A stretch of 64,000 nucleotides of DNA. Origin: Candidatus Marinacidobacterales bacterium (lineage in GTDB: Bacteria > Acidobacteriota > Vicinamibacteria > Marinacidobacterales > DATDRI01). This document shows positions 21,901 through 31,652 of the stretch, one piece after another. The stretch lies in assembly GCA_965219415.1 (NCBI GenBank), contig CBDCNP010000002.1, forward strand, positions 4,192,001 through 4,256,000, read 5' to 3'. The position numbers and the translations under genes are program-made. The notes under the pieces are model-generated. The model saw only the letters and a program-made list of their open reading frames with translations. It did not search any database and was not told the origin of the DNA. Within the stretch, counting starts at the first letter, position 1; each line of letters starts with the position of its first letter.

Positions 21901-21994
21901 GCTCCAGGGTGTGCTGGAAGAAGACCTCGTTGCCTTCAATGATTTGCTGGTGACGAAAAACGTCACCCCGGTAATTTCGCCGGCAACGCGTTAG
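18908..21994 (+). CDS. Secreted BNR/Asp-box (VPS10/sortilin-like) glycosyl-hydrolase-family protein
   Basis: Repeated SxDGGxTW; RSIGPLRGGR; VVATHGRSFWILDD. Confidence 0.88.
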   Translation: MRHFYTRKPYPFFIAALCWLGSGWVEAQSRSEGMAPTFEPSLYQALEYRSIGPLRGGRAPTVAGVPGELFTFYMGTSGGGVWKTIDAGTTWDNISDGYFEAGSIGAIAVAASDPNVVYAGTGEACLRGNVQTGVGVYKSRDAGKTWEHIGLENSGQIGRIRVHPKNPDLVYVAVLGHAFGRNEERGVFRSKDGGATWEKSLHVSDEAGAVDLAMDVNKPLVLYAAIYRVIRKPWLLVSGGKDSGLYKSTDGGDSWTELTNGLPTGLKGRIGVSVSPANSEKVYVNAEADDGGGVYRSDDGGESFIRVSKDRMLVARPFYFTHIVADPVDENTVYVMSLDFYRSVDGGKSYEEITGTHGDFHDLWINPDNPKVMISGNDGGGAVTFNGGKSWSTQMNQPTAEFYRVAVDNQFPYRVYGPQQDNSSISVPSRVARRRVVPDMYPVGGGEQGHVWVHPTNSNIVYAGEYEGQITRYDHQTGDLRDIETYPQLAEGLPAEVLKYRFQMNAPIRVSPHDPYTLYHTSQYVHRSTNEGQSWEIISSDLTTNDKSKQGPSGGPITRDHTGPETYCTIFAFEESPHQAGVFWVGTDDGLVHLSRDGGANWTNITPEGMPEWGTVNMIELSPHDPGRALLAVHRYRLDDFTPYIYRTDDYGKSWTLLTNGDANGIPAKHFVRVVREDPFRKGLLYAGTEFGMYVSFNDGESWQSLQLNLPIVQIADMVIKEQDLVVATHGRSFWILDDITPLHEINEEMSKRPYLFESKDGDRRTGFTAYYNLTEVPEEAIKLEFLESNEEVIQTFSSSDDDGLSAKRGMNRFVWNLRYPAADVVDGAFWFGGRNAGPLAVPGSYRVRLSVGESTETRSFEVKRDPRLETSPADFQEQFDLAVEIRDAITRMTDAIKRIRNIRDQVERLSALLNEAGYEDDFVPVATNLNGKLTSIEEKLMQTKNERGPDTSNFPTQLDSQLIRVLSLVIGSGHKPTDGDHTRFDDLKVELDSYLEELQGVLEEDLVAFNDLLVTKNVTPVISPATR

Positions 21995-23703
21995 GGGCTC
22001 TCCCCTTCGTATCCGGGGCCGCGAACCACCATGCCGGGACGGGCATCCGTGATACGACCCTGATCGACGACCACCTCGCCGTTGACGAGGACGTAGTCGA
22101 TCCCCTCCGAATATTGGTGAGGGTCCTCGTAGGTGGCCTTGTCGATGACCGTCTCGGGGTCGAAGATCACGATGTCGGCATAGAAACCCTCTCTCAAGAG
22201 GCCCCGGTCGCGGATTCCCAGCCTCTGAGCCGGTAAAGAGGTTGCCTTTCGGATGGCTTGTTCGAGGCTGAAGAGATTCAGTTCACGAACATAACGGCCC
22301 AAGATCTTCGGATAGGTGCCGTAGCCGCGAGGATGCACCAACCCCTCCGATAGAGGTCCGTCGGGAGCCACCGTCGCGCCGTCGGTGCCGAAGGCCGCCC
22401 ACTCCTGCCGGAGACCCAGCCGAAGGTCGTCCTCGTCGGTGAGATGAGAGACGAAGCCGGCGCCGCCGCCCTGGATGATATCCATGATGACATCTCTTGG
22501 ATCCTTGCCCTCCTCGGAGGCGATATCCGAAAGAATCCGCCCCTCCATGTGCTTGAGGTCCTCGTTCCCCCTGACGTCGACGATCCGGAAGCCCTTGGCT
22601 CCCCCCACTCCCAGGTACTCGTTCTCCCACTCGGAGGTAGGCGTCTCGAGCTCCCTTTTGATCCGGTCACGGACCGAGGGATCCGCAAGCCGCTCTTTGA
22701 TTTCCTCGCCGGTTCCCGTGCGGGCCCAGGGCGGCAAAAGGGCTCGAAGACCTGCCGAGCCCCAAACATAGGGATAGAGGTCGGCCGCGATATCCAGGCC
22801 CTCCCGACGGGCGGCGGAGATGCGCTCGACCACCTCCGCCATCTTGCCCCAGTTCGCCAGATAGGCAGCCTTCAGGTGGGTGACGTTAACTCGAATGTCG
22901 GCTTCGCGAGCGATGCGAAAGACTTCGTCGAGCGATTCGAAGATGGCGTCACCCTCACTGCGCTGGTGGGTCTGGTACGCCCCACCCGATGGGGCGGCGA
23001 CGCGTGCCAGGGCGATCAACTCGTCGGTACGGTTGAAGCGACCCGGCACGTACATCAACGCCGAGTACACCCCGAAGGCACCGTCTTCCATCGCCTCGGC
23101 TGCTAGCCGTTCCATCTCGGCGAGCTCTTCCTCGGTGGCAGGCCGGTCCTCCGTGCCGACGACGATTTCACGAAGGGTGGCGGTGCCGACAAAAGTTCCG
23201 AAGTTGATAGTCGGGGGATGCGCCTCTAGGCGATCGAAAAACTGCCCAAGCGTTTGCCAGTCCGGCGTGATGCCGCGACGCTCGAAGGAGCTCATTCTTT
23301 CGGCAAGGTAGCTTTCACTGGTCGGGGCGACGGAATCACCCTCTCCCTCCACGACGAGGGTAATCCCTTGCGTTACGGCACTGGCGGCACGCGAATCCAC
23401 AAGAAAGGACCAGGAAGCATGACTGTGTAGGTCGATGAAGCCAGGAGTAACTGGTTTCCCCGTGGCGTCGATGGTGCGGTTGGCGTCGTCTCCACTCAGA
23501 TCTCCAATGGCAGCAATCCTCTTTCCGCGAACGCCCACGTCCCCTCGGTACCAGGGATTCCCGGTTCCGTCTATGATCCGGGCATTGGTAATGATCACAT
23601 CGTACGGGCCTGAGGATGTTACATCCGCCGAGGGTGTACAGCCTTCGGTGGGAAAGGTTGTCGCGAGGAATATGAGGATGGCTCCGTACCTCTTCTTGCT
23701 CGT
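21991..23703 (-). CDS. N-acyl-D-amino-acid deacylase (amidohydrolase); apparent ACG start
   Basis: PGFIDLHSH, HPRGYGTYP, ADIVIFDP; AGGAGG 6 nt before ACG at 23703. Confidence 0.85.
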   Translation of the reverse strand, partial: TSKKRYGAILIFLATTFPTEGCTPSADVTSSGPYDVIITNARIIDGTGNPWYRGDVGVRGKRIAAIGDLSGDDANRTIDATGKPVTPGFIDLHSHASWSFLVDSRAASAVTQGITLVVEGEGDSVAPTSESYLAERMSSFERRGITPDWQTLGQFFDRLEAHPPTINFGTFVGTATLREIVVGTEDRPATEEELAEMERLAAEAMEDGAFGVYSALMYVPGRFNRTDELIALARVAAPSGGAYQTHQRSEGDAIFESLDEVFRIAREADIRVNVTHLKAAYLANWGKMAEVVERISAARREGLDIAADLYPYVWGSAGLRALLPPWARTGTGEEIKERLADPSVRDRIKRELETPTSEWENEYLGVGGAKGFRIVDVRGNEDLKHMEGRILSDIASEEGKDPRDVIMDIIQGGGAGFVSHLTDEDDLRLGLRQEWAAFGTDGATVAPDGPLSEGLVHPRGYGTYPKILGRYVRELNLFSLEQAIRKATSLPAQRLGIRDRGLLREGFYADIVIFDPETVIDKATYEDPHQYSEGIDYVLVNGEVVVDQGRITDARPGMVVRGPGYEGESP

Positions 23704-23738
23704 TTTCTTCCTCCTTTGCTGGACCGAGGAGCGTCGGC

Positions 23739-24215
23739 CTACCGGCGGCTCGATGTGTGCGAATGGCGGATTTTCCATCGGCCCTCCTTTTTGACGAGGA
23801 CAAGTGTTGCCAGTCCGGTCGCGTCGATGTCACGTTCTTTGTAGCGTGCCTTGATATAGTATTCGGCCGTCACGTACGCGGATTCTGTACTCAGCGGAGT
23901 CGCTCGAATGTCGGTGTGTCCCCATTTCAGGCCTTCGAAACCCTCGAGCTCAGGCCCCAAATGATGATCCCGATAATCGGCCCATCCGCGGTTGATGCCA
24001 CCACCTTCGAAAATGGTGACCTCCGGATCGTAGAACGTGGCGAGCTTGTCGAGGTCCTTCGCGTTGAAGGCCTCGTCGTACGATGCCAAGAAGTCCACGA
24101 ATATCGTGTCGTCAGACCTACCCTGACCAGCGGCACCGAGCGTGAGGCCGACGCAAAAGAGCGCCGCGGCCAGCCACAGAACTGAGATTCTGCTCGTTTT
24201 TATCATCTTCATCAT
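23739..24215 (-). CDS. Secreted NTF2/SnoaL-like (DUF4440) protein
   Basis: YDEAFNAKDLDKLATFY...WKIRHSHTS. Confidence 0.8.
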   Translation of the reverse strand: MMKMIKTSRISVLWLAAALFCVGLTLGAAGQGRSDDTIFVDFLASYDEAFNAKDLDKLATFYDPEVTIFEGGGINRGWADYRDHHLGPELEGFEGLKWGHTDIRATPLSTESAYVTAEYYIKARYKERDIDATGLATLVLVKKEGRWKIRHSHTSSRR

Positions 24216-24470
24216 CCTTTTGCTTCAAAACACCGGGACTCACGACCTCGGGCGCCGTGCGTACGTCAAGTGAACGAGTACCTTGACCTGGCGCCCGTCG
24301 TCAAGCGGCACGACGGGTTCGCAGGAAGCGTCCCAACATAATGCCACGAGAGAATTTGACTTCTCTGGCAAGGCGCGTAGTATGGGCGCGTCTAATATAG
24401 ATGGAGGGTTTATGGGCCAGCTTGCCTCTATCCTGCTGATCCCTTTTGCCATCTCAGTCATCGCGGTGCC

Positions 24471-26405
24471 TGTCCATCATCATTATTAATCCGGGACTGG
24501 ACTCTAGGGCCCGGACCGCCCTCGAGCACATGCTGGAGAGCGTGGTCAGCGCGCGAGGGAAGGTGCTGAGGACGAACTTCTCGGCGACCAGCCGAGTAAT
24601 AACGCGAGCGACCAAGCTGACTCAGGCTGCCTCTCGCCACTCGTATCGATGGTGCAGTCCACCGACTCGCGGCAGTGCGACTACGTTCGCCGTAGGAGAC
24701 GGTCGGTGCGTGACCGCTCTCAAGCTCGGTGTATCCTTGTGCAGCCCCAAGTGGCAACGGTCCTCATGATAGTAGCTGATGTAAGCTCGCACGAGCCGGA
24801 TGAGATGACATGCGCCGAGAACCACGACGTGCTCAAGGAGCTCGCGACGGCAGCTGCCGACCCCGTCCTGTGCCAAAACTCGGCCCTCTTGAAATAGCCG
24901 ATAAATCAGCAGCTTAGCGTCTGTGTTTTGCGACGGTGCCAAGGGCTGTGGGCTTTACAATCGTCTGGCCCGAGGGCGTCCTGTGCCAAAACTCAGCCCT
25001 TTTGAAATAGGCCATAAATCAGCAGCTTAGTGTCTGTGTTTGCGACCGGGCCGTGGGCCGTGGGCTTTACAATCGTCTGGTCCGAGGGTGTTATCTTCAG
25101 CTCGTCTGGTCAAAATACTCGAACGCCCAGCGGGTCAGCAGTTTGCACCTTTCCGAGGGCTGCTTGAATCTGGCATCGCGGTCGGATACGTATTTCTTCC
25201 GGGTGCGCAGTTCGTTACCTGCAGCTCGCCCCGGCAGCCGATTTGAGCCAGCCGTGCGCACCCCCGGTGGGCCTGTCGCCCGCTACCCGCAGCCCAGGGG
25301 TCGGAAGCCAGTCCTGCGGCGCGAAATACCCTGGATTCTGCGCGGATTCCAAGGGCGTCTAAGCTGCTGATTTGCGGTCTATTTCAAAAGGGCCGAGTTT
25401 TGGCACAGGAGGTGCTTCCGTCATTAAGTGTTGGTGAGATGACGCTAAGACCCTACGGTGCATTAAATTACAGCCAAATTAGCGTTCGTGACCTTCGCTG
25501 CGAGCTAAATGGAGCGTAAGCGCCTCTTTTGCAAAGGGATGCGTACACATCACCAACAGTAAACGGCGCAAGCACCCCCGCTGCGCCAGACGGTTCCCCC
25601 GCTGATGCTCAGGGTGCCGACTATAGTTAATGATGAAGGACACGCAACCGATCCACCGATGGGTGCTTCCGCAGTCAAGTGTTGGCGGCCGCTGCGTAAC
25701 CTGTTCGCGTGCTAGAGTTTTGCCTGATTTCGATAGACGCAGTTCTTTCGTCGATGCCGGCTGGGCCGAGTTTTGGCACAGGACGGGAAGACCATGCTGA
25801 ACTACATCTCAGGGTCCGTGGATGAGGAGTCGCTCCTGCGCAACGGGTATCTTGTGGCCGAGAATCGGGTTCTTCGAAATCAGAACCAGGTCGTCCTCCA
25901 ACTGCCGGATCCGTTCCCGCAACAGTTCATTGTCCATCACCAGGCCGGTTACGGCCGATTGCAGTCTCTTCTGCTCTTCGTCGACGACATCGACCGTACG
26001 GCTCTTCAACCCGTTCTCGCCTCCCACGAGAAACGCCTCGCGCCAATGCGTCAACGTCGCGCCCGTGACACCGTACTTCCGGCTCGTCGTCTCCAGTTCA
26101 GCTCCACGCAACAGCTCCAATACCAAGCTCACCTTGCGCCGCGCCGACCACCGGCCCTTGACGCCGCGCAGTGAATCTGAGATCACTTCGGTCACCCTGC
26201 GCAACCACAGATTTCCCCTTCATTCCTCTGGACATATCGTCATCCTCCTCTGATGTAGTTTCTCAAATCACTGTCCAAAGAAATCGTGGGGCGGGGGAGG
26301 AACTTCGCAATGAGCTTCTTCCACAACTCACGTCGGAGGAATCAGCTGCTTAACCGAGCTCGGGGAACCATGCAGAGATTTGACAGGAAAATTAGGACTT
26401 GACCG
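24471..26405. mobile_element. ~1.9-kb stack of termini and IS fragments
   Basis: In order: E right end plus transposase 3' part (24471-24863), tandem B TIRs (24864, 24977), J end (25103), B end, MITE-A (25411-25576), A-B hybrid (25662-25785), rve N-terminal piece, IS3-like orfA piece, IS256 end. Confidence 0.85.
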
Positions 26406-26659
26406 TCTGAAACCCCCCTCTTGAACTTCCACTCTCGATTCTGCTACATTCCGTAGCGCTAGACAAACGCTGATCCGACGTCGGGTCACCTGTTGAATAA
26501 AACACCCCCTTTCCCGGGGGGAATAGGCAGGGAACCCTGCAAATGCAGCGTTTGTCTAGCAACTGGCCCGGCACCCAATTCCGGGGGCCGGCGAGCCTTA
26601 CAAGGAGCCCACTCACGCTACGAGTAATCGGCTCCCTTGCTGGAAAAAGGAGCATTCAT

Positions 26660-27121
26660 ATGAAGACTTCCAATCGTCACGATGCGTTCACTATCGCAGT
26701 GGTCTTCAGCGTTGGTTTGGTGGCAGTATTCGGAGCACATCTTTATGATCGTTCAGCCAAGGGGCAACAGAAGCTTCAGCAGTTACGCGTTTACGAACAA
26801 TCGAAACAAGCACGTCAGCAGTTAGAAGGAGAGATACGCTCCAAAGTTAAAGCAGAAACAGGTGCCAGAGAGAAGACAAGACTTTTGTGTGAAGGCAGAA
26901 TTCGATCTCAAATGGCGGTTCCAGTCACGGCTTCATGGTTGGCAAGGTTAGACGACAGAGTTGTGTCATTGAGTTCCACAAGGCATCGAATGGTGTCGTC
27001 TGTTGATTATGATTCATCCGGCGTTGAACTTCGACAGTACTTCGAATGTGAGGTTGAAGGTTCCGGTGAGGACCTTTCTGCTTACAAGATCGTGGACTTT
27101 ACGATTTTTGGATCCGATTAG
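26660..27121 (+). CDS. Hypothetical membrane-anchored protein (lower GC)
   Basis: AAGGAG RBS, N-terminal TM, coiled coil. Confidence 0.65.
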   Translation: MKTSNRHDAFTIAVVFSVGLVAVFGAHLYDRSAKGQQKLQQLRVYEQSKQARQQLEGEIRSKVKAETGAREKTRLLCEGRIRSQMAVPVTASWLARLDDRVVSLSSTRHRMVSSVDYDSSGVELRQYFECEVEGSGEDLSAYKIVDFTIFGSD

Positions 27122-27421
27122 AAGAAGTCTATGAAGCCACACTGAGGAATAGGCAGGACCAATCCCTTCAACAGGACTGATGTTTGGCGACCGGCCCGGT
27201 GACCATCTCCGGTTGCCGACAAACAGGAGTGAGACAATGTTAGAAACCGTAATCTACCAACAGGATCTGACCGGTGCACAAAGATGACTATCTGCCTAAA
27301 AACAGAATTATAATGTTATTAGAGTTGCGAACCTGCAAAGCAATCGTAGGTTGTTCTAGCCGACTGGCCCGATGACCACATACGGTCACCGGGGGAGCGA
27401 ACCCAAAAAAGGAACAGACCC

Positions 27422-27769
27422 ATGCGCCCATTACTGTCTGTGATTCTCGCCTTGATGCTTCTCGCTGCCACATATGTTGGCACCACACTGATGGCCGATG
27501 CAGCAAAAAACTACCGAAAAAGAGCGCAGGAACGAACAGATGCCGATACAACACTGCAGGACATCATCCGCCGCGTCCAAGGTGAGACGGCCTTCATCCC
27601 GGCACGAGCGGATGACCTAGCGCGGGAGATCGGTGTCTACACCGAACGCGGTGAACTCGCGGTCGATGCAGACGAAAAGCTTGAAGCGTACCTAAGGTCT
27701 ACAGGCAAAAGCCAGACGAGCAGTCCCCAGATCCAAGTACCAGAGGAACAAGGGGAAAAAGCTCATTGA
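27422..27769 (+). CDS. Hypothetical protein with N-terminal TM/signal
   Basis: AAGGA RBS; 115 aa. Confidence 0.6.
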   Translation: MRPLLSVILALMLLAATYVGTTLMADAAKNYRKRAQERTDADTTLQDIIRRVQGETAFIPARADDLAREIGVYTERGELAVDADEKLEAYLRSTGKSQTSSPQIQVPEEQGEKAH

Positions 27770-27778
27770 CGGTTTACC

Positions 27779-27869
27779 CGTCGTGTCCAAAAACACAAAC
27801 GAACTCAAGACCTGTGTCGCAAGCTAGACGGAACGGATGCTCTGGAGGGCCGAGTTTTGGCAAAGGATG
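27779..27869. repeat. 91-bp C-B hybrid mini-element, duplicated with its flanks at 48122-48361
   Basis: CGTCGTGTCCAAAAAC...GGCCGAGTTTTGGCAAAGGATG. Confidence 0.8.
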
Positions 27870-28208
27870 CCGTCAAGCGTACTCGCTAATCAGATCAAAA
27901 ATATCCGGAAGAAACGTAATCTGACGACGGTCGAGCTTTTCACGCTGGGCGAGCGGGACGGCCCTGAACCATTCGTCTTTGGTCTGGGGAAGGCGGCGCG
28001 AAAGGGATTCGACCATTTCTTCGCTCAGGATTCCGTTCTGTCTTTCGGGAAACTGGTGCTTCCGCCATCAAGTGTTGCTACGCGGCTGCGGGCAGTGGTT
28101 CAGGTGCGGAAGAGACCGGGTTGCGCGCCCCAGTGAGCAGGAAAACCTCGATCCGCAACCACAAAGGAATCGTCGTCGCCAAGAAGATGGGTGCTTCCGC
28201 CATTAAGT

Positions 28209-28454
28209 ACGGGGGCGCTGAGAGCGTGGGCCGATTCATTGAAAGCCGCCCCGCGCGGTGGTGCGCAACCGACGAGCATCGCGATGATCTACTGTCGCCT
28301 GGGAGATAAAGAACGGGCGTTCGAGTTCCTAGAACAAGGCTACCAAGAACGAATGCGAGGCCTGGTGTACCTTCAGGTAGAACCGCAGTACGATCCGATC
28401 CGCAGCGATCCGAGATTCCAGGACATGCTAGCTCGAATGAATTTCCCGAAGTGA
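28209..28454 (+). pseudogene. C-terminal TPR fragment of a TolB/TPR-type kinase or cyclase
   Basis: LGDKERAFEFLEQ...EPQYDPIRSDPRFQDMLARM. Confidence 0.7.
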
Positions 28455-28476
28455 TACCAAGAAAGGAGCAGGGCCA

Positions 28477-28893
28477 GTGATGAAGACATTCCATGTGTTG
28501 GGGGCAATTGCCCTTCTGTTCGGACTCGTTTCGTGCCAACCCGCGCAGCAGGCGCAGCAAGCTGAGCCGGCGGAGCCTCCCATGAAAGAGGAACCCGTCA
28601 AGCTATCACCTGCTGAGCAAATGGAGAAAATCAATGCGGCGCTCGACGACACCAAGTCCGAGCTGGCCAACGCCGGCAAATACAGCTGTTGCACCTTTCC
28701 GAGCTGCAATTGGTGCGCTCTCCACGAAGGACAATGTGCCTGCTACCCGAACGTCGAGGCCAAGAAAGAGGTCTGCCCCGGATGCGGTCTCGGTTGGCAC
28801 AATGGCAACGGAATGGTGGATGGCTTTACGGCCAAGGATGTGAAATGGAACATCACGCATGAGCATCCCGCTGAGGGAGGTCACGCCCACTGA
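28477..28893 (+). CDS. Cys-rich lipoprotein, putative metal-binding
   Basis: Lipobox LVSC; CCxxxxCxxC-CxC-CxxC; His-rich tail. Confidence 0.75.
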   Translation: MMKTFHVLGAIALLFGLVSCQPAQQAQQAEPAEPPMKEEPVKLSPAEQMEKINAALDDTKSELANAGKYSCCTFPSCNWCALHEGQCACYPNVEAKKEVCPGCGLGWHNGNGMVDGFTAKDVKWNITHEHPAEGGHAH

Positions 28894-28904
28894 GGAGGTT
28901 AACG

Positions 28905-29540
28905 ATGAAAACCAAAGTGGCAAGTGTATTCGTGGGACTATTGGTCGTGATGGCGACCCACCTGGGCGCACGCGCGGAAACGCAGCAGCCACGAGCCAAA
29001 TCGGTCAAGAAAGATCTTACCGCGGTGGAGCCCGATCCGAACGACACCAAGGTCTTCCCTCTCTACTCGTGGAATCAACGGCTCCCCGGGACCAAGCGTT
29101 TCGAACTGGTCTTCAACGGTAGTGGAGTACTCGACCGAGAGACCGGGTTGGTATGGCAGCGCTACATCGGTGGGAGTCACGATGGTCTTAATTGGCAGGG
29201 TGCGCTGCAGTATTGCTGGCAAGCCCAATCTGGAAAGCGTATGGGATGGCGTCTTCCTACCGCGGAGGAGTTCACCAGCCTTTTGGAGGTTGGTGGGCGG
29301 ACCGGTCGAGAACCTCGGCTACCAGCCGGCCACCCGTTCAAGTCCGACAAGGGACAAAACTTTCGGGGTGGCGGTGTTTTTTGGTCGAGCAGCCGATTCC
29401 TGCCCCCCCACGAATCGAGCGTCAGGGAGATCGTGATGCAGTGCGGTACATATGACGGTTACAACGGCTTTCCGTTCTCCACCGTCAGCACCATGAAGGG
29501 CTCGGTGTGGTGCGTACGCGGAAACAACAACTCCAACTAA
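28905..29540 (+). CDS. DUF1566 (Lcl C-terminal) domain protein
   Basis: VLDRETGLVWQR, WRLPTAEE, FWSSS, VWCVR. Confidence 0.85.
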   Translation: MKTKVASVFVGLLVVMATHLGARAETQQPRAKSVKKDLTAVEPDPNDTKVFPLYSWNQRLPGTKRFELVFNGSGVLDRETGLVWQRYIGGSHDGLNWQGALQYCWQAQSGKRMGWRLPTAEEFTSLLEVGGRTGREPRLPAGHPFKSDKGQNFRGGGVFWSSSRFLPPHESSVREIVMQCGTYDGYNGFPFSTVSTMKGSVWCVRGNNNSN

Positions 29541-29549
29541 GTGATCGCC

Positions 29550-30392
29550 ATGGCAAAGAACAGAGTAGAAAACAAGGTAAGTCTCGACAACCCGGACATC
29601 AGCCAACCGAATCGCAAGAAGATCAAGAACAAAATCTATGAGAAGGTCCTCGCCGGTTTCCAAGTAGAGCTGGTCAAGCTTCAGAAGTGGATCAAGGACA
29701 AGGGCCTCAAGGTCGTCGTGATCTTCGAGGGCCGAGATGCGGCGGGCAAGGGTGGCTCCATCCGACGCATTACGCAAAGTCTCAATCCGCGCATCTGCCG
29801 GGTGGTGGCGCTCGGGACGCCCACCGAGCGAGAGAAAACGCAATGGTACTTCCAACGCTACGTCGCTCACCTCCCGACCGCGGGAGAGATGGTTCTCTTC
29901 GATCGAAGCTGGTACAACCGGGCGGGCGTCGAGCGGGTGATGGGGTTCTGTACCGAGGAGGAGTATCAAGAGTTCCTCCGTTCCGCACCGGAGTTCGAGC
30001 GCATGCTGGTTCGCTCCGGCGTTCAGGTCATCAAGTACTGGTTCTCGGTGAGCGATGAAGAACAGGAGCGTCGGTTCAAACAGCGCATCAAGGACCCCAT
30101 TCGCCGCTGGAAGATCAGCGAGATGGACTTGAAATCGCGCGGGAAATGGGTCGAGTACTCGATGGCCAAGGACGAGATGTTCAAATACACCGACATCAAG
30201 CAAGCGCCCTGGTTCGTCGTGCTTGCGGACGACAAGAAGCGGGCCCGACTCAATGTAATCGCTCACTTGCTAGATCAGATTCCCTACAATGAGCTCAAGG
30301 ACCCCAAGATCAAATTGCCGGATCGCCAGGAGAACGTCGGTTACGTTCGGCCGCCGATCACCGAACAGACTTTTGTTCCCGAAGTGTACTAG
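29550..30392 (+). CDS. ppk2: Polyphosphate kinase 2
   Basis: FEGRDAAGKGG, WYFQRY, FDRSWYNRAGVE. Confidence 0.95.
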   Translation: MAKNRVENKVSLDNPDISQPNRKKIKNKIYEKVLAGFQVELVKLQKWIKDKGLKVVVIFEGRDAAGKGGSIRRITQSLNPRICRVVALGTPTEREKTQWYFQRYVAHLPTAGEMVLFDRSWYNRAGVERVMGFCTEEEYQEFLRSAPEFERMLVRSGVQVIKYWFSVSDEEQERRFKQRIKDPIRRWKISEMDLKSRGKWVEYSMAKDEMFKYTDIKQAPWFVVLADDKKRARLNVIAHLLDQIPYNELKDPKIKLPDRQENVGYVRPPITEQTFVPEVY

Positions 30393-30514
30393 GAAGAAGA
30401 GACCATCTTAGAGGAGACCGGATGTCCCAATTGAAAAACTTGCGCACTTCCCTTGTTCTCGTAGCCCTGCTTGCCGCCACGCCTTCCTTCGCCGGCGACG
30501 GCGAAATCACCGGC

Positions 30515-30680
30515 GGTGCTTGCGCCATTTACTGTTGGTGATGTGTGCGCATCCCTTTGCAAAAGAGGCGCTTACGCTCCATTTAGCGCGCAGCGAAGGT
30601 CACGAGCGCTATTTGGGCTGTAATTTAATGCACCATATAGTCTTAGCGTCATCTCACCAACACTTGATGGCGGAAGCACC
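30515..30680 (+). repeat. MITE-A copy; truncates a secreted-protein gene starting at 30422
   Basis: 166-bp match. Confidence 0.9.
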
Positions 30681-30840
30681 ATTCTTATTTCCACGGGAAG
30701 CGGGACGGATCCGCACAGGACGGGGTCATCGACTCTCCACGGGCCGACGTCGAGCTCGACGTACTATTTGCACCATACGGGGTGATGTGATTGACATCAT
30801 CGTCCAGCTGCCATTGGAGTCTTCACTCTCATGTCCTCGG

Positions 30841-31338
30841 TCAGCGTGGATCATTTGGCGCAACATTCAGTCGCGTGTGAAACAGTCTGGCGAAATCAAC
30901 GTTCCTCCGATCTCTATCGTTCAAGCTGCCAAGCCGCTCGGCCAGTTCAAGTGCCGCGCCGCCCGCCGCCGGGACAGCGATCGTAGTACCGTCCGGATGG
31001 AACTCTGTAAACAGCTCGTATTCAGCGAGCACGCCTTCCATGCCTCCAATGAACACGGCCGCGACAAGGTCGTCCCGTGAAAGCATTGCCTTTCTCATCC
31101 TAAGAAGACTGGCTTCCCGATCGCCCGGTACTGCTTCAACATATTCCACGTTACCAAACCGGAGGTTTTCCTCTGGAAACATGTCGGCAAAAAACCTGCT
31201 CTGATACAGGACAACGGCTTCAGAATAGGCTACTCTGAGGCTCTCACACACTGCCCACACCATTGGCGTGATCGCCGGATGCCCACCCCAGACGATCCGG
31301 AGACGGCCGAGTGTGACGGCGACGAACTCCCGTACTGC
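30841..31338 (-). pseudogene. SLOG-family protein, 5' truncated
   Basis: WGGHPAITPM, AAVFIGGMEGV, GGAA. Confidence 0.7.
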
Positions 31339-31485
31339 TGTGCCTTCTATTTATTCATCCGCCAGCCCATGGGTCGGAAGTCAGCCCTGCGGCGCGAAAT
31401 ACCATGGATTCTGCGCGGATTCCAAGGGCGTCTAAGCTGCTGATTTGTGGTCTATTTCTAAAGGGCCGAGTTTTGGCACAGGACG
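31339..31485 (+). repeat. MITE-B, 147 bp, F-B hybrid
   Basis: TGTGCCTTCTATTTATTCATCCG...GAGTTTTGGCACAGGACG; 7 copies in the window. Confidence 0.9.
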
Positions 31486-31652
31486 GGATCACAGCTGTTC
31501 CCAGCCAGCGACCAGTTGCATCAGTCCGAGCGCAAAGGTGCGCTCCCGTGAACGGCTTGGCGGGTTGCTCCGTTTCTACCATCGGGAAGCCGCATGAGTA
31601 TTTTGACCTCACGAGGAAATTTTCAGTGAGCAAACGCCTGCCGGGAGCGGGC

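Noticed and set aside
30520-31080. Repeated ORFs such as MRCLLLVMCTHPFAKEAL... and ...ASKLLICGLFLKGRVLAQDG as a gene family
   Set aside because: These are translations of MITE-A/MITE-B sequence with no RBS or family signal.
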